Position numbers and translations under genes: made by a program. Positions 37,801-50,937 of a DNA stretch of 64,000 nt are shown piece by piece. Below the pieces are notes generated by a model, which did no database searches, had not been told where the DNA came from, and saw nothing but the letters and a program-made list of their open reading frames with translations. This stretch comes from Azolla caroliniana. Taxonomy: Eukaryota > Plantae > Polypodiophyta. Location of the stretch: the NCBI GenBank assembly GCA_043228905.1, contig JBHGNT010000062.1, positions 86,555 through 150,554 of the forward strand, read 5' to 3'. Numbering within the stretch: the stretch's first letter is position 1; the number at the start of each line of letters is the position of its first letter.

Positions 37801-38361
37801 TTATGGCACAAGAGGATTGGCCATATCAACCTCCAAAAGCTCAAGGCAATGCAATAGAAAGGAGTCGTCATTGGGCTCCCAACATTCACGGAGAAAGAGA
37901 TTGAAGGCGTGTGTGTGTGCCACTTGCCAATTCGGCAAGCAACATCGACACCCATTTCCGAAGGAGCGGAACGTGAGCAAAGGCGTACTCGACGTAATTC
38001 ATTCTAATGTATGGGGTCCGGCTCAGACGGGGACATTCGGCGGAAGCCGATACTACGTGACCTTCATCGACGACTTCTCTAGACACACCTTGATCTACCC
38101 GATGCGGCAAAAGAGCGAAGTGTTCGGACACTTCCAAAAATTCAAGAATGAAGTCAAGAAAGCCACGGCCCGACATGTACGATGTCTTCGGTCAGATGGA
38201 GGCAAGGAGTACTTCTCCGACGAATTTTCGGCGTTTCTACGGAAAGAAGGAATACGACGAGAGTTTTCGTGTCGACATATGCCAAAACATAACGGAGTGG
38301 CCGAACGCAAGAATCGGCACATCCTCGAAGTGGCACGGGCTATGCTTAACGAAAAGCACAT
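30178..38361 (+). repeat. Right arm of large inverted duplication
   Basis: Reverse complement of 8045-16195. Confidence 0.97.
30827..34692 (+). CDS. FRO: Ferric reductase oxidase (FRO family), copy B; exons 30827-31010, 31188-31524, 31749-31983, 32189-32531, 32682-32943, 33096-33925, 34484-34692 (2400 nt, 799 aa; alternative in-frame ATG at 30701)
   Basis: All six introns are GT-AG and phase-compatible. Ferric-reductase transmembrane His pairs, FAD- and NADPH-binding motifs; no EF-hand N-terminus. Confidence 0.93.
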
Positions 38362-39691
38362 GCCAAAATCGTATTGGGTGGAAGCAGCTAACACAACTGT
38401 CTATCTCATGAATCGGTGTACGACATCGAGTGTGCTCGAACTAACTCCGCATGAGAAGTTCTTCGGAAAGAAGCCGAACATATCGCATGTTTGGATATTT
38501 GGATCCATTGCATACGTGCACATCCCTGACGAGAAGCATCAAAAGCTTGACCCGAAGTCAGAAAAATGTATCCTTGTAGGATACTCACTTGAGCAAAAGG
38601 GGTACAAGTGCTACAACCCCTCAACTCGAAAATCTCGCATAAGTCAAGACGTCGTTTTCGACGAGTCTGTATCCTGGTATGCACCAGAGACAACTTTGAC
38701 TTCGATTTCGCGCGACCCGGATTCCGCCGAAATAGAGATAGAAGCCGAAGATCGACTCACACACATGTTCGAAGAAAGCCCAATTACGACAAGGCTTAGT
38801 GGGCCACAAGAGACTCCAAGCGGTCAAAGCACATCTCGGCCGAGTCCAAAGATGGACAAAGGGAATGCGAAAATGCCGGAGTATGAAGACGATCACTTCG
38901 ACGACAACGAATCAACTCACTCCCTCGATAGTGAGTTCGAAGGCCTTGAGATCTGGACAAATGGAGCGGAGAACGCCGTAGTATCCGCAAACGAGAAGCT
39001 CCGCCGATCCACCTATGAAAAGAACCCTGTAAACTGCTTCGGCTACAATGAGTACATGGCGTACCATTACGCCTTTATGATGAAGGTTGCAACAGTACGG
39101 GAGCCGGAAACCTTTTCCGAAGCCAGGAAGGACCCCCGATGGATCGAAGCAATGAACGAGGAGATGCGTGCACTACGCAAGAATGACATATGGGATATCG
39201 TTCCCCACTCACCGCACAAGAAGGCAATAGTCTACAGATGGATCTACAAGGTGAAGTATAATGCTGATGGCTCTGTCAATCGCTACAAAGCTCGACTCGT
39301 AGCAAAAGGATACGCGCAAACACATGGCGTCAACTACGAAGAGACCTTTGACCCGATGGCAAAGATGACGACGGTGCGGACCGTGATCGCACTTGCACCT
39401 GCAAAAGGGTGGCACCTCCACCAAATGGACGTCAAGAACGCCTTTCTTCAAGGCGAATTAGACGAGGAGGTGTACATGGTACAACCACCTGGCTTCGAAT
39501 TGTGCTTTCATCCAAAAGCCGTATGCCAACTCAAGAAGCCTCTCTACAGCCTCAAGCAAGCACCGCGTGCTTGGCATTCGAAGATTACGCAATATCTTCA
39601 TCAAATCGGCTTTCCAATGTCGAAATCCGACAACTTCCTCTACGTACAACACGACTCTAGAAGCTTAATTGTCATCATCCTATATTGCTAG
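37817..39691 (+). pseudogene. Copia integrase-RT segment (624-aa ORF), cut at YVDD by a solo LTR; RT/RNase H resumes at 40429-41540 and 50943-51040
   Basis: FIDDFSR, NGVAERKNR, HQMDVKNAFL, IILY|VDDL, GYTDADWA, DIFTKAL. Confidence 0.9.
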
Positions 39692-40423
39692 GAACTACAT
39701 GCTCCCGATGAACAACGCTCGGCCACAACCGAGCTTAGAATCAAAACACAGAAAAAAACGGGGAAAGAATGCACGACACAATGGAGAGAAGAGAACACAG
39801 GATGTTAACGTGGAAAAACCCAAACTAGGGAAAAAACCACGGCAGCCCACAGATTGCAAACTATCATTATGTCAGAATGTACAAATGGTAAAGCACCGAA
39901 GCAACGACCTCGAGCTTTCTATCTTCGCCACAAGCGGCGGTTACAACAGAGGCAACGACCTCTTCCTCTCTCTCACTCTCTCTGTACACAGTTGCGCGCT
40001 CTAATCTTGCGCCAACAAGAATGACAACACTATATTCTCTGTTTGCCCTAAGTCATATTTATACTAATATGACTTTTTGGCTATTTACAAATATAGCCCC
40101 GATGGACTCTCAAAAACATATTTACGAATATGTCCCTTCATCCGGTGAGCACTCCTCACTGGGCCTGCATCATCCGGCTCTTGCCGGGTACTCGTCATCC
40201 GGTTCTCACCGGGTTTTCCGTAGTCGGGTACTCTTCATCCGGTTCTCACCGGGTCTTCCGTAGTCGGGTACTCTTCATCCGGTTCTCATCGGGTCTTCAC
40301 CATCCGGCTCTTGCTGGGTACTTCTCATCCGGTTCTCACCGAGTCCTCCATAGCCGGGTACTTGTCATCCGGTTTCAGTACTGTTCTTCTCACTTCCCAT
40401 CTGGAGGGAGCTGTTTCCTAACA
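39686..40423 (-). mobile_element. Solo LTR (738 bp), TSD TATAT; related to the LTR at 62877-63509
   Basis: TATAT at 39681-39685 and 40424-40428; TG...CA termini; internal GC-rich tandem repeats; shares cggttgtggccgagc and gctatatttgtaaatagcc with the 62877 LTR. Confidence 0.93.
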
Positions 40424-40900
40424 TATATGTGGATGATCTGGTCATTGGAGGTGAAAGTCTAGTCGACATCAACAAGGTCAAGTCCCTCCTCTTCGGAAAA
40501 TTCGAGATGATGGACATGAAGGAGCTCCATTACTTCCTTGGCATCGAAGTAATTCGGATTCCGGCTGGCATTATGATCTCTCAACGGCACTACATTCTCA
40601 ACTTGTTATACAAGTTCCAGATGACTGAGTGCAAATCGGTCGCTACGCCTCTCGATCGAAACCTCAAACTAGATGTTGACTCTGGCATAGATGATTGCGA
40701 GCCGACCCAATATCGTCAACTGATCGGGAGCCTCATCTATCTCACGATCACTCAACTCGACCTTAGCTATCCAGTCGGGCTCCTCAGCCAATTCATGCAA
40801 AAACCACGTGACATTCACTTGGATTGCGCTAAGAGAGTATTACGATACGATACGTGAGCGACACAATGGATTACGACGTTCTCTACGCATCGGCCACACC

Positions 40901-41359
40901 AATACGACTCGAAGGGTACACAGACGCGGACTGGGCAGGCTACAAAGCCGATCGACGATTGACCTCCAGATTTGTCTTCTTGCTCGGTAGCGGAGCAATA
41001 TCTTGGAGTAGTAAGAAGCAGCCTACCGTCGCCCTTTCGAGTATGGAGGCCGCATGTGAAGCCGTATGGCTCAAGAGGGTACACAGACGCGGACTGGGCA
41101 GGCTACAAAGCCGATCGACGATTGACCTCCAGATTTGTCTTCTTGCTCGGTAGCGGAGCAATATCTTGGAGTAGTAAGAAGCAATACGACTCGAAGGGTA
41201 CACAGACGCGGACTGGGCAGGCTACAAAGCCGATCGACGATTGACCTCCAGATTTGTCTTCTTGCTCGGTAGCGGAGCAATATCTTGGAGTAGTAAGAAG
41301 CAGCCTACCGTCGCCCTTTCGAGTATGGAGGCCGCATGTGAAGCCGTATGGCTCAAGAG
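40901..41359 (+). repeat. Tandem triplication inside copia RNase H
   Basis: gggtacacagacgcggactgggcaggctac...gtagtaagaagca occurs three times (about 40913, 41077, 41196). Confidence 0.9.
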
Positions 41360-41540
41360 GATTATAAAGGATCTGGGTGTTCCCATCAAGGATCCAACTC
41401 CCATTTACTGCGACAATATGAGTAGTATATATCTGGCTCGGAACCCGGTGTTCCACGTGTGCACAAAACACATCGAACTGCACTATCACTTCATTCGAGA
41501 GCACGTACAGGCCGGAGATGTCGACCTTCAACACCAACAC

Positions 41541-44500
41541 TGTTACCCTTCCGGCAAAGGAGTTGAAGACCAAAATGTGAAAGGGATTGTATATTCAGAA
41601 TCTATTATAATTAAGTAGTTTATGAGACGTGAACGGACGGACCGGAATTGGTATGCCGAACCGGTTCCGAACAAGTGCCGGTTGGCACCGTTTTGTACTC
41701 AACACCGCTGACCTATATAAAGGCCCGGTTACAATGTAAAACTTTGAAGGATAATTAATAGAGCTTCTTGTTTTATCTTTAAGTGTTGATTATCGTTCTG
41801 TGCTAATTGTTCTATCATACGCGTGTATCAAGTCTAATGCCATATTGCTAAGTAACCAATTAAAGTTTGATTAATCTCACCGTAGCACCCCTTTGGTGAA
41901 GTGTCTTCCATAGACAGCTTGTGTTAGGCCATTGTCCGGCCCTAAGGAATAACACAGTTTTTGGCGACCACGATTCATGCACAATCGCAACGAACAACGA
42001 CGGGAATGGATGACTAGAACAACGAATGACCCGGTTATGGAGCGAGCAAGGAGACTTGTTGAATGGTTGAGGAAGCGAGAGGCTTTCCAGCAAGAGATAG
42101 AAGAAAGCAGAGCGGATCGCTCATTTTCCAAGGTGATCTAGAGAGTGACCAAGGAGTCACTTCGTTTACAACAAAACGACTACCCAGACGAAGGAAGCAA
42201 CCTAAGCAGCCTCCGGGAAGCGGAATCCCTTCTCCAGGCATTGGCAGCAGGCGAAGGCGAATTCGAAGCATTTTCGACTTTTGAATCGGGTTCGGAAGAG
42301 GAATACAACGCGCATACAAACTACCGCAGCAGTAACGATACCCCAGACGGACCGGAGGACGAGGTATCAGATACCTTGCCGACACCGGAACCAGAATTGA
42401 CAAGGCTGGAACCTCCAGCACCGAAAGTTGAGCACACTCCGAAACCAAAAGTCGAGGAAGAGAGACCTCCGACACTGGAACTCGAGGAGGAGAGGCCTCC
42501 AACACCGAAAGAGGAGCAGGAAAGACCTCTGATGCTGACAAAGGAGGAGGAAAGACCACCAACACCACCAGCCTGCGTACCGACACCAGATGACGATATG
42601 TCGTTCCAATATCCCAGATACCGGGATGATCTGGACGCGGAAGCCCACGTTCATGCGTTTCAGCAGACCTGGGAGGCAAACCATGTGTCCCAACGCTTAA
42701 ATGCGGCCGAAGAGGAACGCTAAAAAATGGCAGAGTTCGGCATGACCCTGGAGGGACCGGCCGCCAGATGGCACCGAACACAAGATCCCCGCACCATCCC
42801 CACGTTTGAAGCATTAAAGACCAAATTCTTGCATTTCTTTCACAAGGAGATGGACCAACGGGAAATGGTAGGCCTATTTTACATTATCCCACAGGAACCA
42901 ACGGAGAACATTCAAAAGTTTGTCATCCGGTTCCAGCGGATCCATAGTCAGCTCAGCCGGGCACCACCAGAGGAAGAAACAAAGGCCATATTCTTAGCAG
43001 CACTCTGGGAACCCTTACGAACGGTGTGCACCGTCATTGATTTCTGCACCAGCGGCATAGATCAAGTGATCGACCGAGTTTAGGAAATGGAAAAATCAAG
43101 TTCATGGCTAACCATGGGCACACTTCAGCGTGCACTACCGAGAGATGAGGACCTCCGCTTTCGGCAAGCAATTCAATGTACGACATGCCTGAATGCCGGA
43201 CATTCAGCGTTGGAATGCACCATGCGTTCCCAATGCTTGCTCTGCCACTCCAGAAGTCACACAATGGAACAATGTGAGTATAACTTGTTAAATCGGCAAG
43301 CACCACCGGTCCGACAAATTGAACCACGAAGCAACCGGGAGGAAGAGGAAGAACACTGGCAGTGAGAGGAGCGCTACTGGCCGACACAAGATGTCCGGTA
43401 CAATGATCGAAGAGACACTTATGACCGGTATGACAGACAGGATAGATACCGGGACTATAATGGACGGTACGAGAGATACAACCGGGATCACTCCCCTGGT
43501 TACAACCAACGACCGTACGACTATGGCAAGTATGACGACCAACCCCGTTAAAGTTACCGAAACAAAAAGAATTTCAACAAGAAACGTCATTTCAACAAAA
43601 AGGGTGGTCATCCACGGGAACCGGAAAAGGGCGCTCCAAGCAACCAACCGGACCAAAACCAAGCACTTACCACAGGACCTCAATCGGGTGCGGGCACAAA
43701 CACCAAATCTAGCAACACTCGGAAGGCATACTGCTATTATTGATGGCAAGAAGGCCACTATAGTAACCAATGTCCGGTGAAGAGCTACAACAAGTGACCA
43801 GTGGTGAACATGGTAGTCGCAGAAGTCACAGACTTACAACAAGTCACTACAAGATCAAAAGGCAAAACCACGGAGTGGGAAACTCAAGAAGTCATCCAGA
43901 AGCAGGCAATCGAATGGGTGAAGAAGGCAAATGAGCGGAATGTGGCAGAGCAGTCCGACAATCACAGCCATCGTGAAAGGAAAAGAGCTACCCGACACGA
44001 TTATCGATGGAGGATTCGGCGTGAACGTGATCAACCTCCGAACGTGTAACACTCTAGGAATCCATGATTGGGAACCATGCTCATTTTGGCTTCGGATGGC
44101 GGACATAAGCTTACTATGGCCGACCGGATTAATACGTGATCTGGAAGTGACCATCGGGGGTCACACATTTCGCATTTCGGCAGTAGTTCTCCAGCTACAG
44201 GCTCAAGGAGTTTACCCACTATTGTTGGGACGCCCTTGGTTAAAAACAACACACATGAAGCAAAACTGGAGGAAGAATATAATTAGGTTCCGGCGTGGAA
44301 AAGCGAAAGTGCGAGTACCGACTCAACCACGGTCGGGTACCGGCAAGGAATTGATGCCGCTATATGCGGAATGTGTCAACATGCTAGAAGGATTGGCGGA
44401 CGAAGAGGTCGATCAATACTTACAGGAAAATCTGAAGATCGTACCTCTGTTCGAAATTGATGCAGTCGAAGCAGTATCACCGTACATATTGCAACCGGAT

Positions 44501-47500
44501 GGGACCGATGAGGAACCGGATAAAGAAGCGATCCGGGAGTTATGGCAAGCACATGAGGCATAGGAAAGAGAAATGGCAGTGTCGCAGTGCGTAAAAGCAC
44601 CCCAACTAGAAGAGGTAAGCCTAGGTACCATAGAGGACGCAAGACCGGTTCACATCGCCAAGGAAATGACCCCGGAGAACAAAACGGCAATGATCACACT
44701 CCTAAAAGAATTTCGCGATGTTTTCGCCTGGTCCTATGAGGACATGCGGGGACTCAATCCTCAGTTGTATTAACACTAGATACATTTGAGTAAAGACGCC
44801 AAACCGGTAGCGCAACGGCGTTACCGGATGAACCCGAATTACGCAGCAAAAGTCAAAGAAGAAATCGACAAGTTGCTAAGGGTTGGCTTCATCCGGCCGG
44901 TAAAGAAAGCCACATGGCTCAGTCCAATAGTCGTAGTACCGAAAAAGAACGGTAAGATAAGAGTTTGCGTTGACTACCGGAAATTGAATGCGGCTACATT
45001 AACGGACACCTTCCCACTTCCATTCACGGATGGAGTCTTGGATGCGGTCTCCGGTCATGAGGTGTACAGTTTTCTGGATAGTTTCAACGGCTATAATCAG
45101 ATCCGGATGCACCCCAACGACCAGGAGAAAAGCGCTGTTGTCACCAAATGGGGAGTCTTTGTTGCCGTAGTTATGATGTTCGGATTGAAAACGGAGCCGA
45201 CAACCTTCCAGCGGATCATCATGGAGATTTTCGGAGAATTCATTCCGACATTCATGCAAGTGTTCTTGGACTACTTTGCTATTTATAGCCGGGAAGGGGA
45301 TCACCTTCAGCACCTCCGACTATGTTTGGAGAAATGTAGGGTTTACCGGCTAAGCCTTAACCCGACAAAATGCTTGTTCGGAGTGTCCAACGGAGTGTTA
45401 CTTGACCACATCGTGAGCAAGGACGGTATTGCAATGGATCCGGACAAGGTCAAAGCTATTTTGGAGGCACCGGCACCAACCACTGCAAAGGCATAAACCC
45501 AGTTCTTAGGACAAATTCGGTGGCATAGCTGAATGCTCCGGTATCTGGCAGACCTGGCTACACCATTGCATGCCACGGTACATCGGAAACCCTTCCAATG
45601 GATGGACAAAGAAGACAAGGCTTACAGGCCACTAAAAGTACTATTGTCACAAGTGCCGGTGGTGCAACCTCCGGATTGGTCTAAAGAGTTCCATGTGTTC
45701 GTTGACGCGTCCGACATCGCAATTGAGAGTGCGCTTATGCAACTTACAGAACCGAAGTGGTACCGACCAGTGTATTATGCCAGCCGGAAGCTGTCCCAAG
45801 CAGAACGTAATTATTCCACAACGGAAAGAGAGGCCTTGGGCATGATCTACAATATCACCAAGTTTAGACACTATCTGTTGGGAAGGAAATTTTCCTTTCA
45901 CATAGATCATTCGGCGCTCCTCTATTTGGTGTCCAAAGCATCACTCACTAGTAAGCTGGCCTGGTGGCCGTTACTATTACATGAATTTGAGTTCGAGATA
46001 TTCCACCTACCCGGCATACAACATGCGGTAGTAGACTATTTGAGTCGGTTAGATTCCGGCGAAACCGGTCACGGCATCCCAGACGAGTTCCCAGATGTAG
46101 AGTTGTTTAGAGTCACAGCAGAAATGACAACGGATGGTACGGTCACAGAGGAAGACAAGTGGCTCACCAACATGCACCAATTTCTGAGCACCGGCTTACC
46201 TCCGGAGGAGATGAACAGAGACGAGAGGAAACGCTTAGCGGTTCAAAGCTGGCACTTCTATCTATTATAGGATACACTATACCACAAAGGCGCAGATGGC
46301 ATATGGCGGTGTGTAGTGCGCAACGACGAAAAGGACATAATATTGCGCGAAGCACACTACGAGATGACTGGAGGACATTATGCCGGAGACGCTACGACAA
46401 GGAAAATATGGCAGAGTGGACTATGGTGGCCAACAACATTGAAGGATGCAGTTCGGTACGCTAAAGAATACGACCTATCTCAGCGAATGGGCCAACCAAC
46501 CGAACAAGCCAGGATGCCTGACCAGCCCGTGCTACCGTTAGAACCATTTCAGAAATGGGGGCTGGACTTTGTTGGTCCATTCAAACCACCAACAATGAGA
46601 ACTGACAACCAGTATGTGATTGTCGCTATGGATTATTGCACAAAATGGGTGGAAGCCAAAGCACTACGCGACAACACCACGACATCCACGACAAATGTTT
46701 TATATGAATACATCTGGTGCTGGTATGGATGTCCGATAGAGCTAATAAGTGACCAAGGTGGTCACTTCTTCAAGAAAGTGGTGGAAAGGTTGACAACATT
46801 CTATGCGGTGGTGCATAAACGGAGCACTCCCTATTATCCGCAAGGCAACGGATTAGCCGAGTCAACAAATAAAACACTACAGAACATGCTTCGAAAAATC
46901 TTCAATGAGAACTGGACAGATTGGGATACAAAGCTACACATTGCACTTTGAGCCTATCGAACGGCATATAAGACAAGTATCCGCACAACACCGTTTCGCC
47001 TAGCATTCGGATTGGAAGCAGTGATGCCGGTCGAGTTCCAGGTACCGAGTTTACGAATACAGATTCGGGAACGCCTAAATGAGAAGGAATCGGAAGCGAT
47101 CCGGTTAGCCGCGCTATGCGAATTGGAAGAACACCGGGTAGCCAGCATCATGCACCTAGAACTAGAGCAACGGCGAAGGAAAGCGTTCGTGGATCGTCAC
47201 CGAAAAGGGAACGAAACGATGTTCGAAATCGATAAGCCGGTACTAGTATTCCAGACCCGGATGGTTAAGATGCTGGGGAAGCTACGGTTTCGGTGGACCG
47301 GTCCATACTGGATCACGCGTGAGTTCAACGGTTCCTACCAGTTAGGGACACTCGCCGGCGAGGTTCTAGGTAAATGGGTCAATGGGTTCCGACTCAAACC
47401 ATACAATGGACCCACGCCAAGAAACCCATTTGAACAAGTAAAGGCCGACACAGAACCGGACACCGGCAAGTCCGAACAGACGGCAACACATTTAGCAATC

Positions 47501-47680
47501 GGCAAGCGCGAAGCTGGTAAGAGGGAGCATGAACCGGCAAACGGCAAGAACGACGTGACAGCAAGTAGTCCAGTAGCCGACAAGTCCCACAATTCGGATA
47601 GGGGTCCGATGGGACCAGATGCGAATTAACCAAACAGTTTTATAAAGAAAAAAAAAAATAAAAAAAAAAAATAAAAAAAA

Positions 47681-47717
<37 letters not shown>

Positions 47718-50700
47718 ATCAAATCAAAGTAATTCATGCAAGGGCAAGGTGTGAACGGACACAGGCAACAACGTGGAGTGAACAGGCACCTTGAAAAGGT
47801 ACGTAGTGGGCTATTAATAGGGTATTAAATTGTCGCCACATGGCACGTCATTCTATTCTAGTACACGACGTGCACACGCGTGGGTAAGAAAAAAAAAGGG
47901 GCTAACATGCAGCAAGAAAACCCCCATCGCATGGAGGTCTTCACATTTCGTGAATAGGGAGCACAAACACACACAAGCGATTGAAGATCATCAAACGTGA
48001 GCCCACGCACACAGAGCCTCCTCACACACATCCCTCACCGACCTCGAAGAAGCCATGGACTGCCAAGCACTCTCTGAAGCAGCCAAGAAGTGGCTAAGGC
48101 AACTCGAGTTAGAAGGTTTCCTCATGATCATGGAGGCGCCACCGCATCGGGAGGCGGAGAAGATAGTAAAGGAAATCGACACAGAGCTGATCACGAAGGA
48201 GGCCATCCATGCTTTGATTGGCCTTCCGGAGGGGGGCATCTTCACTATCGACAACCCTATCCTGGAGCAACTCTGAAAATATTTTGGCGAATATTTTCTG
48301 GCCAAGACACAGGGCGGTGAAGATACATTATTTCGAGAGATTGCCCGTGTGCTCCATGAATTTGGACATGTATACCCTCGACCCCCGTGCATGCCTCCGA
48401 ACCGAGCCGGCTTAGTCATAGCAATGTATGAAGGCGTGAAGGTGGACTGGCCGGTACTGATTGCGAACGGCCTCTGTGCGGCCATCGACTCTGTAAGAGG
48501 CAAGGAGGGTCGGAAAATATGGACTGCACTGGCGCAATGGCACACCCTATTGGCGCCACCTATCAAGCTTGACAAGACCACGAAGTGGGGGAGAACGACC
48601 GAAGGCACCCCGGAAACGGCTTCGAAACGGCAGCAGCTTTTGGCCTCTAAGGCACCCAAAGGGAAGGCGGCTGACAAGGACAAGGCGGCAAAAGAGTGCG
48701 CCAATAGGAAGCGACAGGTGGAAATGCAGGAGGAGACATCGGCACGGCCAATCAAGATCATATTTTACCGACCGGTTCAACAAGAGCCGGACCCTTTGGC
48801 AACAAAATTCAACATCGGGACTCAAGAGGAGGAAGCGAAGGAGGAACCGTTAGAGCACCTCCAACAGCACCAGAAGGCAAGCACCGCAGAATAGGCCGGG
48901 GAGTGTTCAAACCCAAAGAAGGATGGAACGCTTCTACCCCGTACTGAGCATCCCGCACCAAGGGTGGAATTGGAACCGGTTTGGACAGAACCGGTCACAG
49001 AGCTCCCTGCACAACAAGCTATACCGGCGGGTTAGGATACGGCAAGACCCGGAATTCAAGTGCCAGTAGTACAATTGCGTGCCTCACTGGCAGGTTAAGA
49101 GCAATCAGAGGCGGAGCGGCTAACTGAGGTGCAACCGGAACCAGAACGGCAAAGTGGTCACCAACCAGAGACAGAGTTGCAGCTCGACGCAACCAGACAA
49201 GACCGACCACTGGCTAGCGGAACCAATAGCCAACCCTCCGTGCAGACGGAACAACAGGGCACCGACAGCCAATGGCTCCGGAGTGGTGCACTACATAGAG
49301 GCGAAAGAGAAAGCGCAGATGGACCGGTTGCTAGTCACAACCGGAGAACTAGAGACGGTCCGGTCGAGGATCCAGAGCCTAGAACAAGACTTGGACCTAG
49401 CCACAGAAAAATTGGCCAAAATGGCCTTAACCGGACCACAGATCCAAGCACCGGTGACTCTGGTAGATGTACAGAATAAAGACACACCAGCACCTGTACA
49501 TTGTAATAAGACCCCAGAGACGGAAATAGCCCCGGAGACAGTGGCGGCGCAAGCGAAAGAGCTTGCCGAATTGAAAGAGGAACTGGCCGCACAAGAAGCA
49601 TTACGCACCCGAGAAAAGGACTTGAAGAAACCGACAGAAGAAGAACAAAGAAAGATTGCTAAGAACCTCTGCCGGGCAGAAGAGAATCTGCGGAAAGGAT
49701 ATCATGCATATGAACGACTTAAGGAGGAGAAAGAGAAAGTGTTGCAAGAAAAGGATAAGCTGCGACGGATGGCGGAAACGAAGATTGAAAGACTTAAAGA
49801 AGAACTCCATCAACAGAAAGATCGGGAAGACCGCGCTCGCCGGCAACTCAACCAGAAGTTGAAGCAGAAGACCGATGATTTTGAGCACCTACACCGGGAC
49901 TATAAGCACTTGGATACGGAGCATAAGAAGAAGTAGGAGAAGATGGCAGAGCTCCGGCAGGAAGTTCATCGAGCTGAGACAACGCTAGCTGAAGAACGGG
50001 CTGAAAGAACATCGCTACTGGAGGAAGCCGCGCAAGAACGTATGGAGCTCTAGAAGCAGCATTATGAAGAAAAGGAAAGAGCGACAATGGTATTGCAGAG
50101 GTTGCAGAACACCTACCAAAACCAATTGTCACATTACCGGGAGCAGGAGGCGGACACAGTGAAGCTGATCAAGCAATTGAAGGAAGAACGACAAGCCGTG
50201 GAGGACAAATCGAAGATGGGACTTGAGCGGATCCAGTTCATTGTCCAGGCATGGAGGAACAAGACAAAATTCTTGATTGACGAAAGTTCCGTGCAATGGT
50301 GGGACAAATGGGCAAAGCACACAGCCGAGCTCCAATTGCTAAGGGCGGACGCAGAAAACCGGCAGAAGGATGGCGACGACTGCTACATGCTAACAAAGGA
50401 GGACTTCACCGTCGTAAGAGATGAGTTAGTAGAAGACTTTGTAACTCTGGCGAAGGAACAGTCAGCAGTGGTCCAACAACTAGTAGCACAGCTGGACGAT
50501 GATCGACTGGATACTCAAATCCAGTTTGAAAGCTATGAGCGGACCAGGCTACGACAAGAAGAAGCAAAGCAGGCGGTGACCGTCAACCTCAGCGATAAGG
50601 AGCCATCGTCGGGGCAAGGACAGGATGGATACAAGTCCAGGGCAAGTGAACCGGAGTCAAATACGGCAGAGCAGCTGACAGAGAAATCACCGCCACAATT

Positions 50701-50937
50701 GTCGGTACTAGGAGCCGGACAGACGCCATCCAAGGAGCAACAGTCGGGGGAGCCAGAGTTGATTACCGTTCTATGCTAATTGTTCTATCATATGCGTGTA
50801 TCAAGTCTAATGCCATATTGCTAAGTAACCAATTAAAGTCTGATTAATCGTTGAGTCTTAAGCCGTAGCACCCCTTTGGTGAAGTGTCTTCCGTAGACAC
50901 CCTATGTTAGGCCATTGTCCGACCCTAAGGAATAACA
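41541..50937 (+). mobile_element. Ty3/gypsy non-chromoviral (Athila/Tat-like) element, TSD AACAC; 5' LTR 41541-41954, 5'-truncated 3' LTR about 50758-50937
   Basis: AACAC at 41536-41540 and 50938-50942; PBS TGGCGACCAC (tRNA-Arg-like) at 41962; gag with CCHC knuckles, protease IIDGG, RT RVCVDYRKLN, RNase H DASD/NYSTTERE, integrase WGLDFVGP; many stops. Confidence 0.94.
48055..50779 (+). pseudogene. Extra 3' ORF of the gypsy element (globular N-terminus plus long coiled coil), decayed
   Basis: Sense ORF pieces 48055-48894, 49154-49936 and 50087-50779, E/K/Q-rich, located after integrase and an A-rich spacer. Confidence 0.75.

Noticed and set aside
42035-48761. Long minus-strand ORFs (42035-42814, 47991-48761 and others)
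   Set aside because: They are antisense shadows of GC-rich gypsy coding sequence with no recognisable domains.
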